Made by a program: the position numbers and the translations under genes
The notes under the pieces: generated by a model
What the model was told of the DNA's origin: nothing
Seen by the model: only the letters and a program-made list of their open reading frames with translations
The model's database searches: none
Origin: Octopus bimaculoides
Lineage: Eukaryota
Direction: 5' to 3'
Assembly: GCF_001194135.2 (NCBI RefSeq)
Contig: NC_069000.1
Location: forward strand, 21,421,501-21,471,705
Length of the DNA: 50,205 bases
Part shown: positions 1 through 11,832 of the stretch, piece after piece
Numbering within the stretch: the stretch's first letter is position 1
Layout of the letters: every line of letters begins with the position of its first letter

Positions 1-237
1 GTTTCAGTTAGTAGAATAGTTTCATTTTTAAAGTGAAAGTATTTGACATGAGTGTTTTTGTTTCACTTTTGACACGTAATACTTAAATAGTGGAGGAGAT
101 ATTATGTTGCTGTGGGCTCGAACTCTGCAAGAAGTTAAAATTTTTTTTTTGACTAAAACACAACTGGAACCCTAAGTAAGGCATCTGTAAAATTTGAATG
201 AAATTGGTTGCGTAGTTCTCGAGTTTTAGGGATTCAC

Positions 238-274
<37 letters not shown>

Positions 275-308
275 GACACATTCTCATTTTTATATATATA
301 GATATATA

Positions 309-541
309 CGGTGTAGTGGTTAAGAGTGCGGGCTACTAACCCCAAGATTCCGAGTTCGATTCCTGGCAGTTACCTGAATAATAATAATAATAATAACATC
401 GAGAAATACCTTAGGAATGAGAACCCAGGTATGAAATTTCCCCAAGACACCTGATGAAGGCTGGAGGGTATATCACTCGAAACGCTGTGTTAACAACAAA
501 CAAGATGAGGACAAATATCCGTCAAATGTAAATAATGTAAA
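309..541 (+). mobile_element. tRNA-derived SINE-like element with internal (AAT)n and a Penelope-type hammerhead-like 3' part
   Basis: Box A-like TAGTGGTTAAG and box B-like GAGTTCGATTCC in the head, (AAT)n at ~379-395, then CTGATGA (451-457) and GAAA (479-482) flanked by gacac/gtgtt. Confidence 0.7.
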
Positions 542-594
542 TCAGGAAGTATTTGTGGCTAAATCAATAAATCTGGTAAACTTGTTCGTCATCA

Positions 595-790
595 GCATCA
601 TCATTTAACATCCATAATCCATGCTGGCATGGGTTAGATAATTTGAGTGGATCTGATGTACCAAAGGACTACACTGGGCTCCTATGTCTGCTTTGGCATA
701 ATTTCTATGGCTGGATGCCCTTCCTAATACAAATTACTTTAGAGAGTGTAGTGGGTGCTTTTATCTCTTTTACAACGTCAACACCAATGA
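595..790 (-). mobile_element. 3' end fragment of the abundant RTE-clade LINE
   Basis: (CAT)n tail followed by ttaacatcc..ccatgctggcatggg and ggctggatgcccttcctaa, matching the LINE ends at 11833, 20262 and 23583. Confidence 0.7.
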
Positions 791-989
791 GGCCATCAAG
801 GAACCACGTTACCAACAAATGATAGAATTCTGTAGTTTTTAGGGGTCAAGCTTTCTCTCTTATCTTCCCTTGGCCAATCTAGTTATGTCTGTGGTTCAGT
901 AATGTAGCTTATGTGGCTGAATGAAGCCCCTCAGGAGCATGCCTGACTGAAAGTCGAATGCTACAGTCCCCACTTTTGTTGATGGGTAC

Positions 990-1093
990 ATGTGCAAATG
1001 TGTGTGTGTGCAAATATGTGTGTGTGTGTGTGTGCAAATATGTTTCTGTGTGCATGTGTGCAAATGTGTGTGTGCAAATATGTGAGTATGCAA

Positions 1094-1137
<44 letters not shown>

Positions 1138-1140
1138 ATG
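990..1140. repeat. Compound (TG)n / tgtgtgcaaa microsatellite
   Basis: Direct inspection; it produces the CV/HT-repeat ORFs in the track. Confidence 0.95.
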
Positions 1141-1209
1141 CAAATGTATTTGTGGGTGCACATGTGTGCTCTTTAGTCTATCTGCACTAATCTGGTGTTT
1201 TATATTCAG

Positions 1210-1318
1210 ATGGAAGTGCTATGAATTTATGAAAGAAGGTACTCGTGGAATGCAACAGCCTAAAGGAGGATTTGATAAATTAATACCTCGTGAAGTGACA
1301 TTTGAGATGCGTGGAAAG
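1210..1318 (+). CDS. Candidate coding exon of an unidentified protein: (R)WKCYEFMKEGTRGMQQPKGGFDKLIPREVTFEMRGK
   Basis: Acceptor ttttatattcag|A at 1209/1210, open frame with protein-like composition in non-repeat DNA, weak donor AAG|gtgctg at 1318/1319. The frame could instead run to the stop at 1340-1342 as a terminal exon. Confidence 0.5.
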
Positions 1319-1957
1319 GTGCTGTTTTTTAGACCAGTTTAACTCTCATTAATATGACAAGGGCTGATGTTATAAAAATTGTACTAATGGAGTTGATGAC
1401 TTACACACACACACATACATACACATCCACACAGATAAACATATACACATATATAAAGAACCATATATATGGGATGTTACATCTTGGACTATATCCAAAA
1501 GACGGCCTTCAGACTCAGTAGCCAACAGTCTTCGACTTCAAGCTAAATGCGAGAGATGCCTTTTCTTCTCTCTTTCCCTGAAAAGGGCTGCTGATCTTTT
1601 GAACTAGCTATCTCTGCACACTCTTACTCTACCAAAATTCACCCATCTTTTCTTGTCACCCAACCCCAACCCACTTAGTGTTCTGGATCCAGTATTACAT
1701 ACTTTCCTCCTGACAACTGCAATTTCAGTAGAGAATTCTTCTTGAGGTCACTAACACGCTCTCAACATCCTTTTATCTTTTACTTGTTTTAGTCACAGGA
1801 CTGCAGCCATGATGGGGGAGGGGACCACCTTGAAGAGTTTAGTCAAATAAAGCCTGGTACTCATTCTATCAGTCTCTTATGCCAAACTGCTAAGTTACAG
1901 GAATGCAAACAACCCAACACAGGTTATCAAACAGTAGAGTGGGGAACAAACACAGTC

Positions 1958-2027
<70 letters not shown>

Positions 2028-3323
2028 ATATATATATCAGGCCAGCATGGCAAAATGGTCATTAAATGAGGATATATATAAACAATGAACTTCTTGGCTT
2101 CTTTAAGTTATCATCTACCAAATCCACTCAAGGCTTTGGTTGCCCTGAGGCAAGGTGTAAGGCATTCCTAACTCACTTGTCTCTTCTCAATTTATTACCA
2201 ATATTGTGTCCCCAACCCCACCAGCATTTCCTCTTTTTCACACTAAACACTACACCCAATTCTCTCCTCTCAAAAATTCCAGCCCTAGAACATTTTTTTT
2301 CTGCAGCCATTTTTCGCAGAACTAGAATCATGTTGAAAGATTAAGAATTAACAGAGACATGAGTGAGTGATTATTACAAAAACTGGGGAATTTCTAAGTT
2401 TATAGTTCAGTGTTTTACAACAGTTCAGCCATTCGTACATGCATCCATGCATCTAGCCAGTCAGCCAGCTACAATACAAATGTTTATTGTAGAACAATTT
2501 AGTGCTCCAGCATAGCTTTAGCTGTGTTGGTTAAAACCAGACTATAAAACTAAAAAAAGAACTAGGAAAGTAAGTGGTTAAAACAAACACAAATGGAAGA
2601 AAAAAAAAACATTAAAACAGGTTGCATTACTATATTCCTTAACAATGTGTTTGAAAGTGTCATACATTTATCTTCTCCAGCTATAAGTAAATATATATAC
2701 ATATTTATGAATTCATATATATATATATATATATATTCTTCTACTTGTTTCAGTCATTTAACAGCAGCCATGGAGGAGCACCATGAATTCCTATGCNNNN
2801 NNNNNNNNNNNNNNNNNNNNNNNNNNNNNNNNNNNNNNNNNNNNNNNNNNNNNNNNNNNNNNNNNNNNNNNNNNNNNNNNNNNNNNNNNNNNNNNNNNNN
2901 NNNNNNNNNNNNNNNNNNNNNNNNNNNNNNNNNNNNNNNNNNNNNNNNNNNNNNNNNNNNNNNNNNNNNNNNNNNNNNNNNNNNNNNNNNNNNNNNNNNN
3001 NNNNNNNNNNNNNNNNNNNNNNNNNNNNNNNNNNNNNNNNNNNNNNNNNNNNNNNNNNNNNNNNNNNNNNNNNNNNNAATATGCAACGGAAGCACAACTT
3101 ACTGAATCATAAACATTGCATATAAGAAGAATTTGTGCATGGCATTCAATTTAAGAAAGAAAAAAAAGGAAAAAAAAAGAAAGAACAGCAAAATTTCAAG
3201 ATAGGTTTACAAAAGCCATGCAGTAAGAAGCTTACCATTAGCATGCAAACAATGAAGAGAAATAGAGTAAAAGTTGGCTGCATCTGTGTGACAAAATGTA
3301 TATTTATTTTTGTTTAAAAAACA

Positions 3324-3364
<41 letters not shown>

Positions 3365-3604
3365 TGATTTCTTTTATTTGCCACCAGGGTGATGGCTGAG
3401 GGGAAAAATACAAAAACAGACATAAAGTGTGGGCGTTTACATATAATGAAATGATATTATAAGAAACTTATTAAGTATACACATTCTGAGTTCAAATTGC
3501 AACTAGTTCAACTTTGTCTTTCACCCTTTGAGGGTTGATGAGTATCAGTCAAGTACTGGTGTCAATGTAATGTCCTAGCCACCTCCCACAAAATTTCAAG
3601 CCAC

Positions 3605-4060
3605 TCTCAAAAAACCCTATCTGTGATGGTTTGGGCTGGAGTGTCTTCGACAGTGAAAACTTCTCTTGTTTTTGTTCCTGAAGAAGTCAAGATCAAGGCT
3701 GCAAGCTATGAAGAACTCATTCTTGAGCCTGTAATGAAACATTTGAGCCAAGAATTGTACAACAGTGGCCCCTTTCTCTTCCAGCAGGACGGAGCACCTA
3801 CCCACGCTGCCAACAGAACTCAGCATGGCTTAGCAACAATGTCCCAGATTTCTTGTCCAAGGAAGAATAACCTCCCTCAAGCCCAGACTTCAATCCAGTA
3901 GACTTTAGCATTTGGTCTATCTTGGAGACCAACGCTTACGCTACATCTTATCGTTCAGTAGTGGCTTTGAAGAGATCTCAGCAGTGTGGATGGGATAAAA
4001 TACCACTAGAAGTCTCGCAATCCACTGTTGAAGTAGGGTCTGGTAAACTTGAGGTTGTAA
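3605..4060 (+). mobile_element. Decayed DD37D (maT/Bmmar1-like) transposase fragment
   Basis: VMVWAGVS...FQQDGAPTH...(frameshift)...PPSSPDFNPVDFSIW. Restoring the frame gives 37 residues between the second and third catalytic D. Confidence 0.85.
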
Positions 4061-4069
4061 TAAGGGGGG

Positions 4070-4537
4070 AGCTGGCATCAACCACATTCGGATGGTGCTT
4101 TTTACGTGCTATCGGCATGGGGAGCCAGTTAGGCGACACTGGCATGAATGATGCTTATTGCATGCCACCAGCACGGGAGCCAGTCAGGTGACACTGGCAT
4201 TGGTCACAACTACAATTTCCATTTTTGATTTTGATTTGATTGAGATTCTGATTGGGATTTGATTTTGATTTTACTTGACTCAATAGGACTTCTCAAACAC
4301 GGAGTGTCGCCTGACAATTCAGAGGTACTTTTTAAATGGGCTGGTTATGCGACACTGGTATAGGCTACGACTGTGATCTCACTTTACTTGCTGGGTCTTC
4401 ACTACCTCATCCCATGTCTTCCTGGGTCTCCCACTTCCAAGGGTTCCTTCCACTGTTAGGAAGTGACACTTCTTCAAACAGCTCTCCTCATCCATATGCA
4501 GCACATGACCATACCAGCACAGTCTTGCACACATCTG

Positions 4538-4538
<1 letters not shown>
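4070..4538 (-). mobile_element. RTE-clade LINE 3' fragment (ORF2 C-terminus plus 3' UTR units)
   Basis: Minus translation RLCWYGHVLHMDEESCLKKCHFLTVEGTLGSGRPRKTWDEVVK matches the end of the 44.4-47.2 kb LINE. Confidence 0.85.
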
Positions 4539-4576
<38 letters not shown>

Positions 4577-5156
4577 NNNNNNNNNNNNNNNNNNNNNNNN
4601 NNNNNNNNNNNNNNNNNNNNNNNNNNNNNNNNNNNNNNNNNNNNNNNNNNNNNNNNNNNNNNNNNNNNNNNNNNNNNNNNNNNNNNNNNNNNNNNNNNNN
4701 NNNNNNNNNNNNNNNNNNNNNNNNNNNNNNNNNNNNNNNNNNNNNNNNNNNNNNNNNNNNNNNNNNNNNNNNNNNNNNNNNNNNNNNNNNNNNNNNNNNN
4801 NNNNNNNNNNNNNNNNNNNNNNNNNNNNNNNNNNNNNNNNNNNNNNNNNNNNNNNNNNNNNNNNNNNNNNNNNNATATATACATACATATGTATAGTTAA
4901 TCATACATATACATACATACAAATGTATACAAACATATATACATACATATACACATACATACATGTCTAGATATGTAACTATATGCATGAGAATACATAG
5001 ATAAAACATATACATCTGCACATACATACATACATACATACATACAAAAATACCTATATGAAGGAGACTTGGATCTAGGTTGGAAACCAGTTCTTGAAAT
5101 TTTGAAATAAACTGAATAATGACATACATACACACATAAGCACATATATATATACT

Positions 5157-6165
<1,009 letters not shown>

Positions 6166-6875
6166 TATACAATATATTGTAGTGGAGTTAGGAGTCATGC
6201 TCTTGCCAGGAAAGTACTAATAATTCTTGAAGTGAATGATTGTGTGGATGGAGGTGGTAGTGTATGTGTGTGTGTATTTTCTCCCTTTCTATTTTTGTTT
6301 GCGTCACTCACTTGTTCTAAAATAAACAACAAACAATCTCTGGAGAACTAGGATAGTTTTGATGGCCAATGGAGTTTGAGATTCTTTCAACGGTTACTTT
6401 GATCTCAGAAGAAAAACTCGTGATAGAGGGATGGAGATGAAACTAAACAAGGTAAAGCAAAACAAAAGAAGAACAAAAAAAAAAAGCAGAAACAACTAGA
6501 CTAACCAGCTAAACAGTTGTAACAATTGGCAAAACATCACATGAAAAGCAGAAGAATCAGTTATGGCGTTTAAGTCTATTGGATAGCTTCCAAATTCTTG
6601 TTAGCAGAGACAGAGTTAGTAAAAATGTTTACAGCTTAGGAATATATGACTCAAGTAAAGCACCAAACTAACCTCAATCTTTATTTCCTATTTATATTTT
6701 CTGCTAATTTAAGATTGTCAACCAATCAACCGTAGCCTTGTTAAATGTTTAATACTTCGGAAATGAGAAAACAATCAAAGACGATGGGGAGGAAGTATAA
6801 TTGCATGCTATTCTAAAGAACATCTCTTTATTATAATTGAGGAGAAATAAGTTAAATAATCACTTTTCTACTTTT

Positions 6876-7215
6876 TTTTTTTTTACCTTTTACTTGTTTC
6901 AGTCATTAGACTGTGGCCATGCTGGGGCACCGCCTTGAAGAATTTTTAGTTGAGTAAATATTTGCCTCAGCACTGCCTTGAAGAATTTTTAGTTGAATGA
7001 ATTGACCCCCCGTACTTTTTTTTTTTTTTCAAAGCCTGGTACTTATTCTATCGGTCTCTTTTGCCAAACTGCAAAGATATGGTGATCTAAACACACCAAC
7101 ACCAGTTGTCAAAAGGTGGAGGCAGGGAAACAAAACACAGAAACAAAGAAACATATTGATACATACATATATATACACATACGACAAGCTTCTTTCAGTT
7201 TCCATCTACCAAATC
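6876..7215 (-). mobile_element. Dominant tRNA-derived SINE, body and tail portion
   Basis: ttttacttgtttcagtcatt..ggccatgctggggcaccgcc..agcctggtacttattctatcggtctc..ctaccaaatccactcacaa. The same family recurs at ~1775-2175, 12900-13140, 14205-14340, 22600-23015, 28850-28980, 29630-29940, 32710-32860, 36590-36750 and 41050-41345. Confidence 0.8.
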
Positions 7216-7466
7216 CACTCACAATGGGAATAGTACCTGGCATTTCTTAATCACACAGTTTTGAATGAAGCCAGTGTCAAGAGGGGTTATTTGAAGTATG
7301 TAATAAAACTCATGGGAGAGCAGAATAGTAAATTATGACCTTTACACCTTTCCTAAATAATATTGGGGATATTAAATGAAGCAATTCAAAATAAGAATCT
7401 ACATCCATTCTCAGACATGATTCATGAAAAACTTATTACCATATCATGGCAGCCACTATTGTTATA

Positions 7467-7687
7467 CAATAATCCCTTGCCATATCGCGGTTCACTTATT
7501 GCAGTTTATTATTTAAGCTTACGTCAATTCCTCTATGATGCTGTTTTGCATTTATAATAAAATAAATATATACAAGTTATAAAAATAACTTTTAAAAATA
7601 TACAGCACAGCACTGTTTCTACTTCACAGATTTTCACCTATTGCAGGGGGTTGGACTGTAACACTCGTAATAATTGAGGGGTTATTG
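7467..7687. mobile_element. Tigger/pogo-type MITE
   Basis: TA-flanked TIRs caataatccct / ggggttattg; same family as 28321-28532, in the opposite orientation. Confidence 0.7.
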
Positions 7688-8172
7688 TAATGATTTATCC
7701 TACTCCTGGTCATATGTGTGTGTATGTATGTATGTATGTANNNNNNNNNNNNNNNNNNNNNNNNNNNNNNNNNNNNNNNNNNNNNNNNNNNNNNNNNNNN
7801 NNNNNNNNNNNNNNNNNNNNNNNNNNNNNNNNNNNNNNNNNNNNNNNNNNNNNNNNNNNNNNNNNNNNNNNNNNNNNNNNNNNNNNNNNNNNNNNNNNNN
7901 NNNNNNNNNNNNNNNNNNNNNNNNNNNNNNNNNNNNNNNNNNNNNNNNNNNNNNNNNNNNNNNNNNNNNNNNNNNNNNNNNNNNNNNNNNNNNNNNNNNN
8001 NNNNNNNNNNNNNNNNNNNNNNNNNNNNNNNNNNNNNNNNNNNNNNNNNNNNNNNNNNNNNNNNNNNNNNNNNNNNNNNNNNNNNNNNNNNNNNNNNNNN
8101 NNNNNNNNNNNNNNNNNNNNNNNNNNNNNNNNNNNNNNNNNNNNNNNNNNNNNNNNNNNNTATATAACATAC

Positions 8173-8603
8173 TTAACCATTTAGCATTCAGTTTTCTGTC
8201 AAATGTTATGCTTATTTATTCATATTCCTTTGAATTAATCATGCATTATTTCATAGTTTTGAGATTGTGATGAGGTGATTGTTATTTTTAGAATGACATA
8301 ATAGGATAGGCATGAAACACCAGATCTAGCTGGTTTAACCCTTTTGATACCAACCTGCCTGAAACCGCTTCTGGCTCTGTAGTACAAATGACTTGTTTTC
8401 AAAAGTTCTGAATTAAAATCTTCTGCCAAACCTTAGTCACAATTTATGTTCCTAACTAAGTTATTTTACTAAATTCTTTGTTATATTTAAAACCAATTGG
8501 AAGAAACACAGAGCATCTCAACAGAAATATGGTAACAAAAGGGTTAAACATGAAACAGAATATTTGGACCAAATAAAGTCCAGTTTAAGTGTTAAAGGGT
8601 TAA
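8173..8603. mobile_element. piggyBac-type (TTAA) MITE carrying a nested second TTAA MITE at 8339-8543
   Basis: Outer TTAA-ccatttagca...taaaggg-TTAA; inner TTAA(8335-8338)-cccttttgatacc...ggtaacaaaaggg-TTAA(8544-8547). Confidence 0.85.
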
Positions 8604-9860
8604 TGCATATAAACTTGATATGTTTCTAGCATGATACACTTCTGGGAGACTAATAAACCCCTTCATCAGAGACATCTGATTGAATGTCATCATCATCATC
8701 ATCATCAATATTTAATGTCTATTTTCCATGCTAGCATGGGTTAGATGGTTTGAAAGGAACTGGCAAAGCCAAGGAGCATACCAGGCTCCATAGTCTGTTT
8801 TGGTTTTTCTAACACCAACCACTTTACAGAGTGTACTGGGTGCTTTTTACACGGCATCATCACCAGTGTTTTTTATGTGGCACCAGCACCCATACCAATG
8901 CTTTTTACATGGCACCTTGGTTTTAGGATCTCAATTCTGTTGTGGTGGGTAGGTCTTTTTGAGTAAAAGAATTTCAAGTTAAGATTAGACAATAAAATGA
9001 AATGAAATGTCTGTTTCAGTTATAACTAGAGAGAGTTGTAAAATTTGTGCTTTATTTTTTTTAATTAATGATTTTTAACTTAACTATAAGGCAACAGGTT
9101 TTGGAGGGTGAGTATAGTTGATTAAATATATACCAATAACTGACTGGTACTTATTTTATCAACCACAGGAGGATGATGGTGAACTCAACTCCAAAGACAT
9201 TTGAACTTAGAATGCAAAAGTGATAACTATACGTAAAATTGCATGATATTTTGAAAAGAATTCTATGAATTCTACCCTATTTATTTTGTTATTGTTAAAT
9301 GACAAAACAAATTTTAAAAAAAACAAAACAAAGAATTTAGAATAATGACAGAACATAGAGATAAGTGGGAAATAAGACAAGTTATTAATTGAAATACCAT
9401 GCAACTGTTAATGTATTTGTGCGATAAGAAATGAGCAAGACATTGTAACTATAGGGGAGACATTAGCTGACCATTGAAGCTGCTATAATAGCAGCCAAAT
9501 GTCCTTTAAATCACACAGTCTTACAGTCTTAAGAATGAAAGGACAAGTTAGATAATGTAGTTCTAGTTATACCATGTCTGAGAATAAGAGATAGGATGGT
9601 CAAGGGTGGAATACTTATGATCTGCTCAATACTTATGATCTGCTCAATCAGGACTGATCTGGGACAAAACAATTACAAAAAAAAAACTAACATTTGCAAA
9701 AAAATATTTAATCCAGATGAAAAAAAGGATTAATCCAGAATCTATAAAAATGGATTCTCAAACCCAGACTTCTGAAATATATCAGAATCTTTCCCCAGAG
9801 GATACACTTGTCTATTACAACCAACTTTCTGAGACCATCCTGATATCAACTTAACAGCCT

Positions 9861-10306
9861 TTAACCCTTTTAACATTTATACCGACCATATCCAGCTCAA
9901 ATATTCTACCTGTTTTATGTTCAAACTTTCCAGATCTGGCCTCTCCCACCTACCATACCATGTCATTATAAAAATAAATAATCACATCATCAAAATCTTG
10001 AAGGTACAAAAAAACTTATGATTAATTCAAGACAATGTGAATAAATAAGCCTTATATTTGACAGAGTAATCTGAATGCTAAAGGGTTAACCCTTCAGCGT
10101 TTATACCAGCCATATTCGGTCCAAATATTTTGTTTTATGTTCAAAATGGCCAGATATGGCCTCTTACACCTGTCCTACAATGTCATTCCAAAAATAAACA
10201 CTCCTATCATCAAAATCTCAGTTATGAGATGATGCATGATTAATTCAAAACAATGTGAATAAATAAGTGTCACATTTGACAGAAAAATCTGAATGCTAAA
10301 AAGTTG
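9861..10306. mobile_element. Two tandem piggyBac-type MITEs sharing one TTAA (10086-10089)
   Basis: TTAA-cccttt...gaatgctaaaggg-TTAA-cccttcagc...gaatgctaaaaag. Further copies at 15414-15638, 27864-28091 and 39113-39255. Confidence 0.85.
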
Positions 10307-10882
10307 AATTACTACTTGCAACGCTACACTTTGCTATAAATAGCACCACGTAAGGTAATCCATACCAGAGGATTTCAATCTGCCTTTGTCAAGTATCTGA
10401 CACCATTTCTCTAACGTTGAAAGTAATCATTCAATATTGTCTACTTGGAGATCACTTAAAACTCAGTACTGTATGAATATGCCAGAAGATAGAATATCAA
10501 AGTAAGATATTTATGAAATAGTCTCTCTGGCAAAACTATTTCACTTCCAATAGCTTGATCCACCTAGCTGCAAACAGATACTGTGAAGAAGAATGACAAC
10601 TTATAACTGGTCTCTCAACTTGCTGCTCTCAGGTAGTTTCAAATGTTATTAACATGTTAACTACCATGGCCTGTTACTGGAACTTACCAGTGATACTACA
10701 TATTCCCGGTCACACTGCATATTGTTTAATTACAAGGAAATGTAATTTTTTTTTTTTTTTGATATTTTTGCAATATAACAAACTTTAATACAGAAATAAA
10801 TTTATTTCTCAAATGCATGATAATGCTATAAATAGCGTGATCAGGATAAATCATCCATACATTGCAGAAAAATACGTTACTG

Positions 10883-10953
10883 GCCAGCCATGAGACTCGA
10901 ACTCACATCTCTGTGATTACGCGTCAAGTGTTTTACCATTAAACTAAACTGCC
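10883..10953 (-). ncRNA. tRNA-Thr(CGT)-like cloverleaf, probably a pseudogene or derived RNA, inside a long hairpin
   Basis: Minus strand folds as GGCAGTT TA GTTT AATGGTA AAAC A CTTGA CGCGTAA TCACAG AGAT GTGAG TTCGAGT CTCAT GGCTGGC. D and T stems pair fully, boxes A and B are present, and T5 lies 11 nt downstream. Defects: G at position 33, a bulged anticodon stem and a G-G pair in the acceptor stem. Confidence 0.6.
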
Positions 10954-11231
10954 CAGCAACGAATTCTTCTGCAATTTTTACCACTGGTGGTGCATATAGG
11001 GATTGTGTGAAGTTTGCGATGAACCACCAATGGTACATGTTAAACATCAGTAATAAAATCATTTTTCAAAACATGCTATAAACAGTGCCCTAGCTATTCT
11101 TCTTAATGGTTATAGAATCCAGTATATTTATTAATATTTCATTTATTATTTAATCCTCTTCTTGCAAGATGGGAAATAAGACTTTGACAAATGAATTGCT
11201 ATTGAAAATTATCATCAGTAATTCTCTCTCC

Positions 11232-11287
<56 letters not shown>

Positions 11288-11409
11288 TATATATATATAT
11301 ATCCCTCTCTTTCTTTCTCTCCTCTTTTTCCCTATCTCTTACTCCCTCTCTCTACATCCCCCCTCTCTTTCTGCCTTTTCTCATCTAAGATTCATTTCTC
11401 TCAGCTCGC

Positions 11410-11760
11410 TTTCAATTGTTTGGCTATCCAGGCTTTCACTTTCTAAGTGGAGACCATCTTAATACTACTTTTGGTATCCAATCCAAGTCTATTCAGAGTG
11501 TATGGCCAAGCCATTTGAGCCACCAGCACTTTAATTCAAGGATCCTAATATTGCAAACAGTTTCACAGTACAACTCCTCTTTTGGCACTTTGTTGGGTTG
11601 GAAGTTGCAGCAGATTCTGGTTTGATGATCAGAGTTGGAGACATCATCTCTTTTTACCACACACAAGTTTTCTGAACAATAACTCTGAACAGATTTGATA
11701 TTGCTATTATGATGTCCAATCTCAGTCCTTAACTTTCAGTATACTACTGCTGTTCAATTA
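11410..11760 (-). mobile_element. Old RTE-type LINE ORF2 C-terminal remnant
   Basis: Minus translation ...LKWLGHTL*IDLDWIPKVVLRWSPLRK*KPG*P..., resembling the RTE C-terminal WLGH...PK...W.P.GKR..GRP motif. Confidence 0.55.
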
Positions 11761-11832
11761 CTGATTTCAAATTTTGACACAAGGCCGCTAATTGCAGGAG
11801 AGGGAGTAAGTCAATTACACTGACCCCAGTGC

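Noticed and set aside
6408-6451. 43-nt plus-strand exon candidate
   Set aside because: Its phase is incompatible with the 1210-1318 exon, the sequence is low-complexity and purine-rich, and there is no other support.
9610-9645. 18-bp perfect tandem duplication (aatacttatgatctgctc x2)
   Set aside because: An ordinary slippage duplication inside a SINE fragment.
10883-10953. Functional canonical tRNA-Thr gene
   Set aside because: G instead of U33, a bulged anticodon stem and a G-G acceptor mismatch; kept only as tRNA-like.
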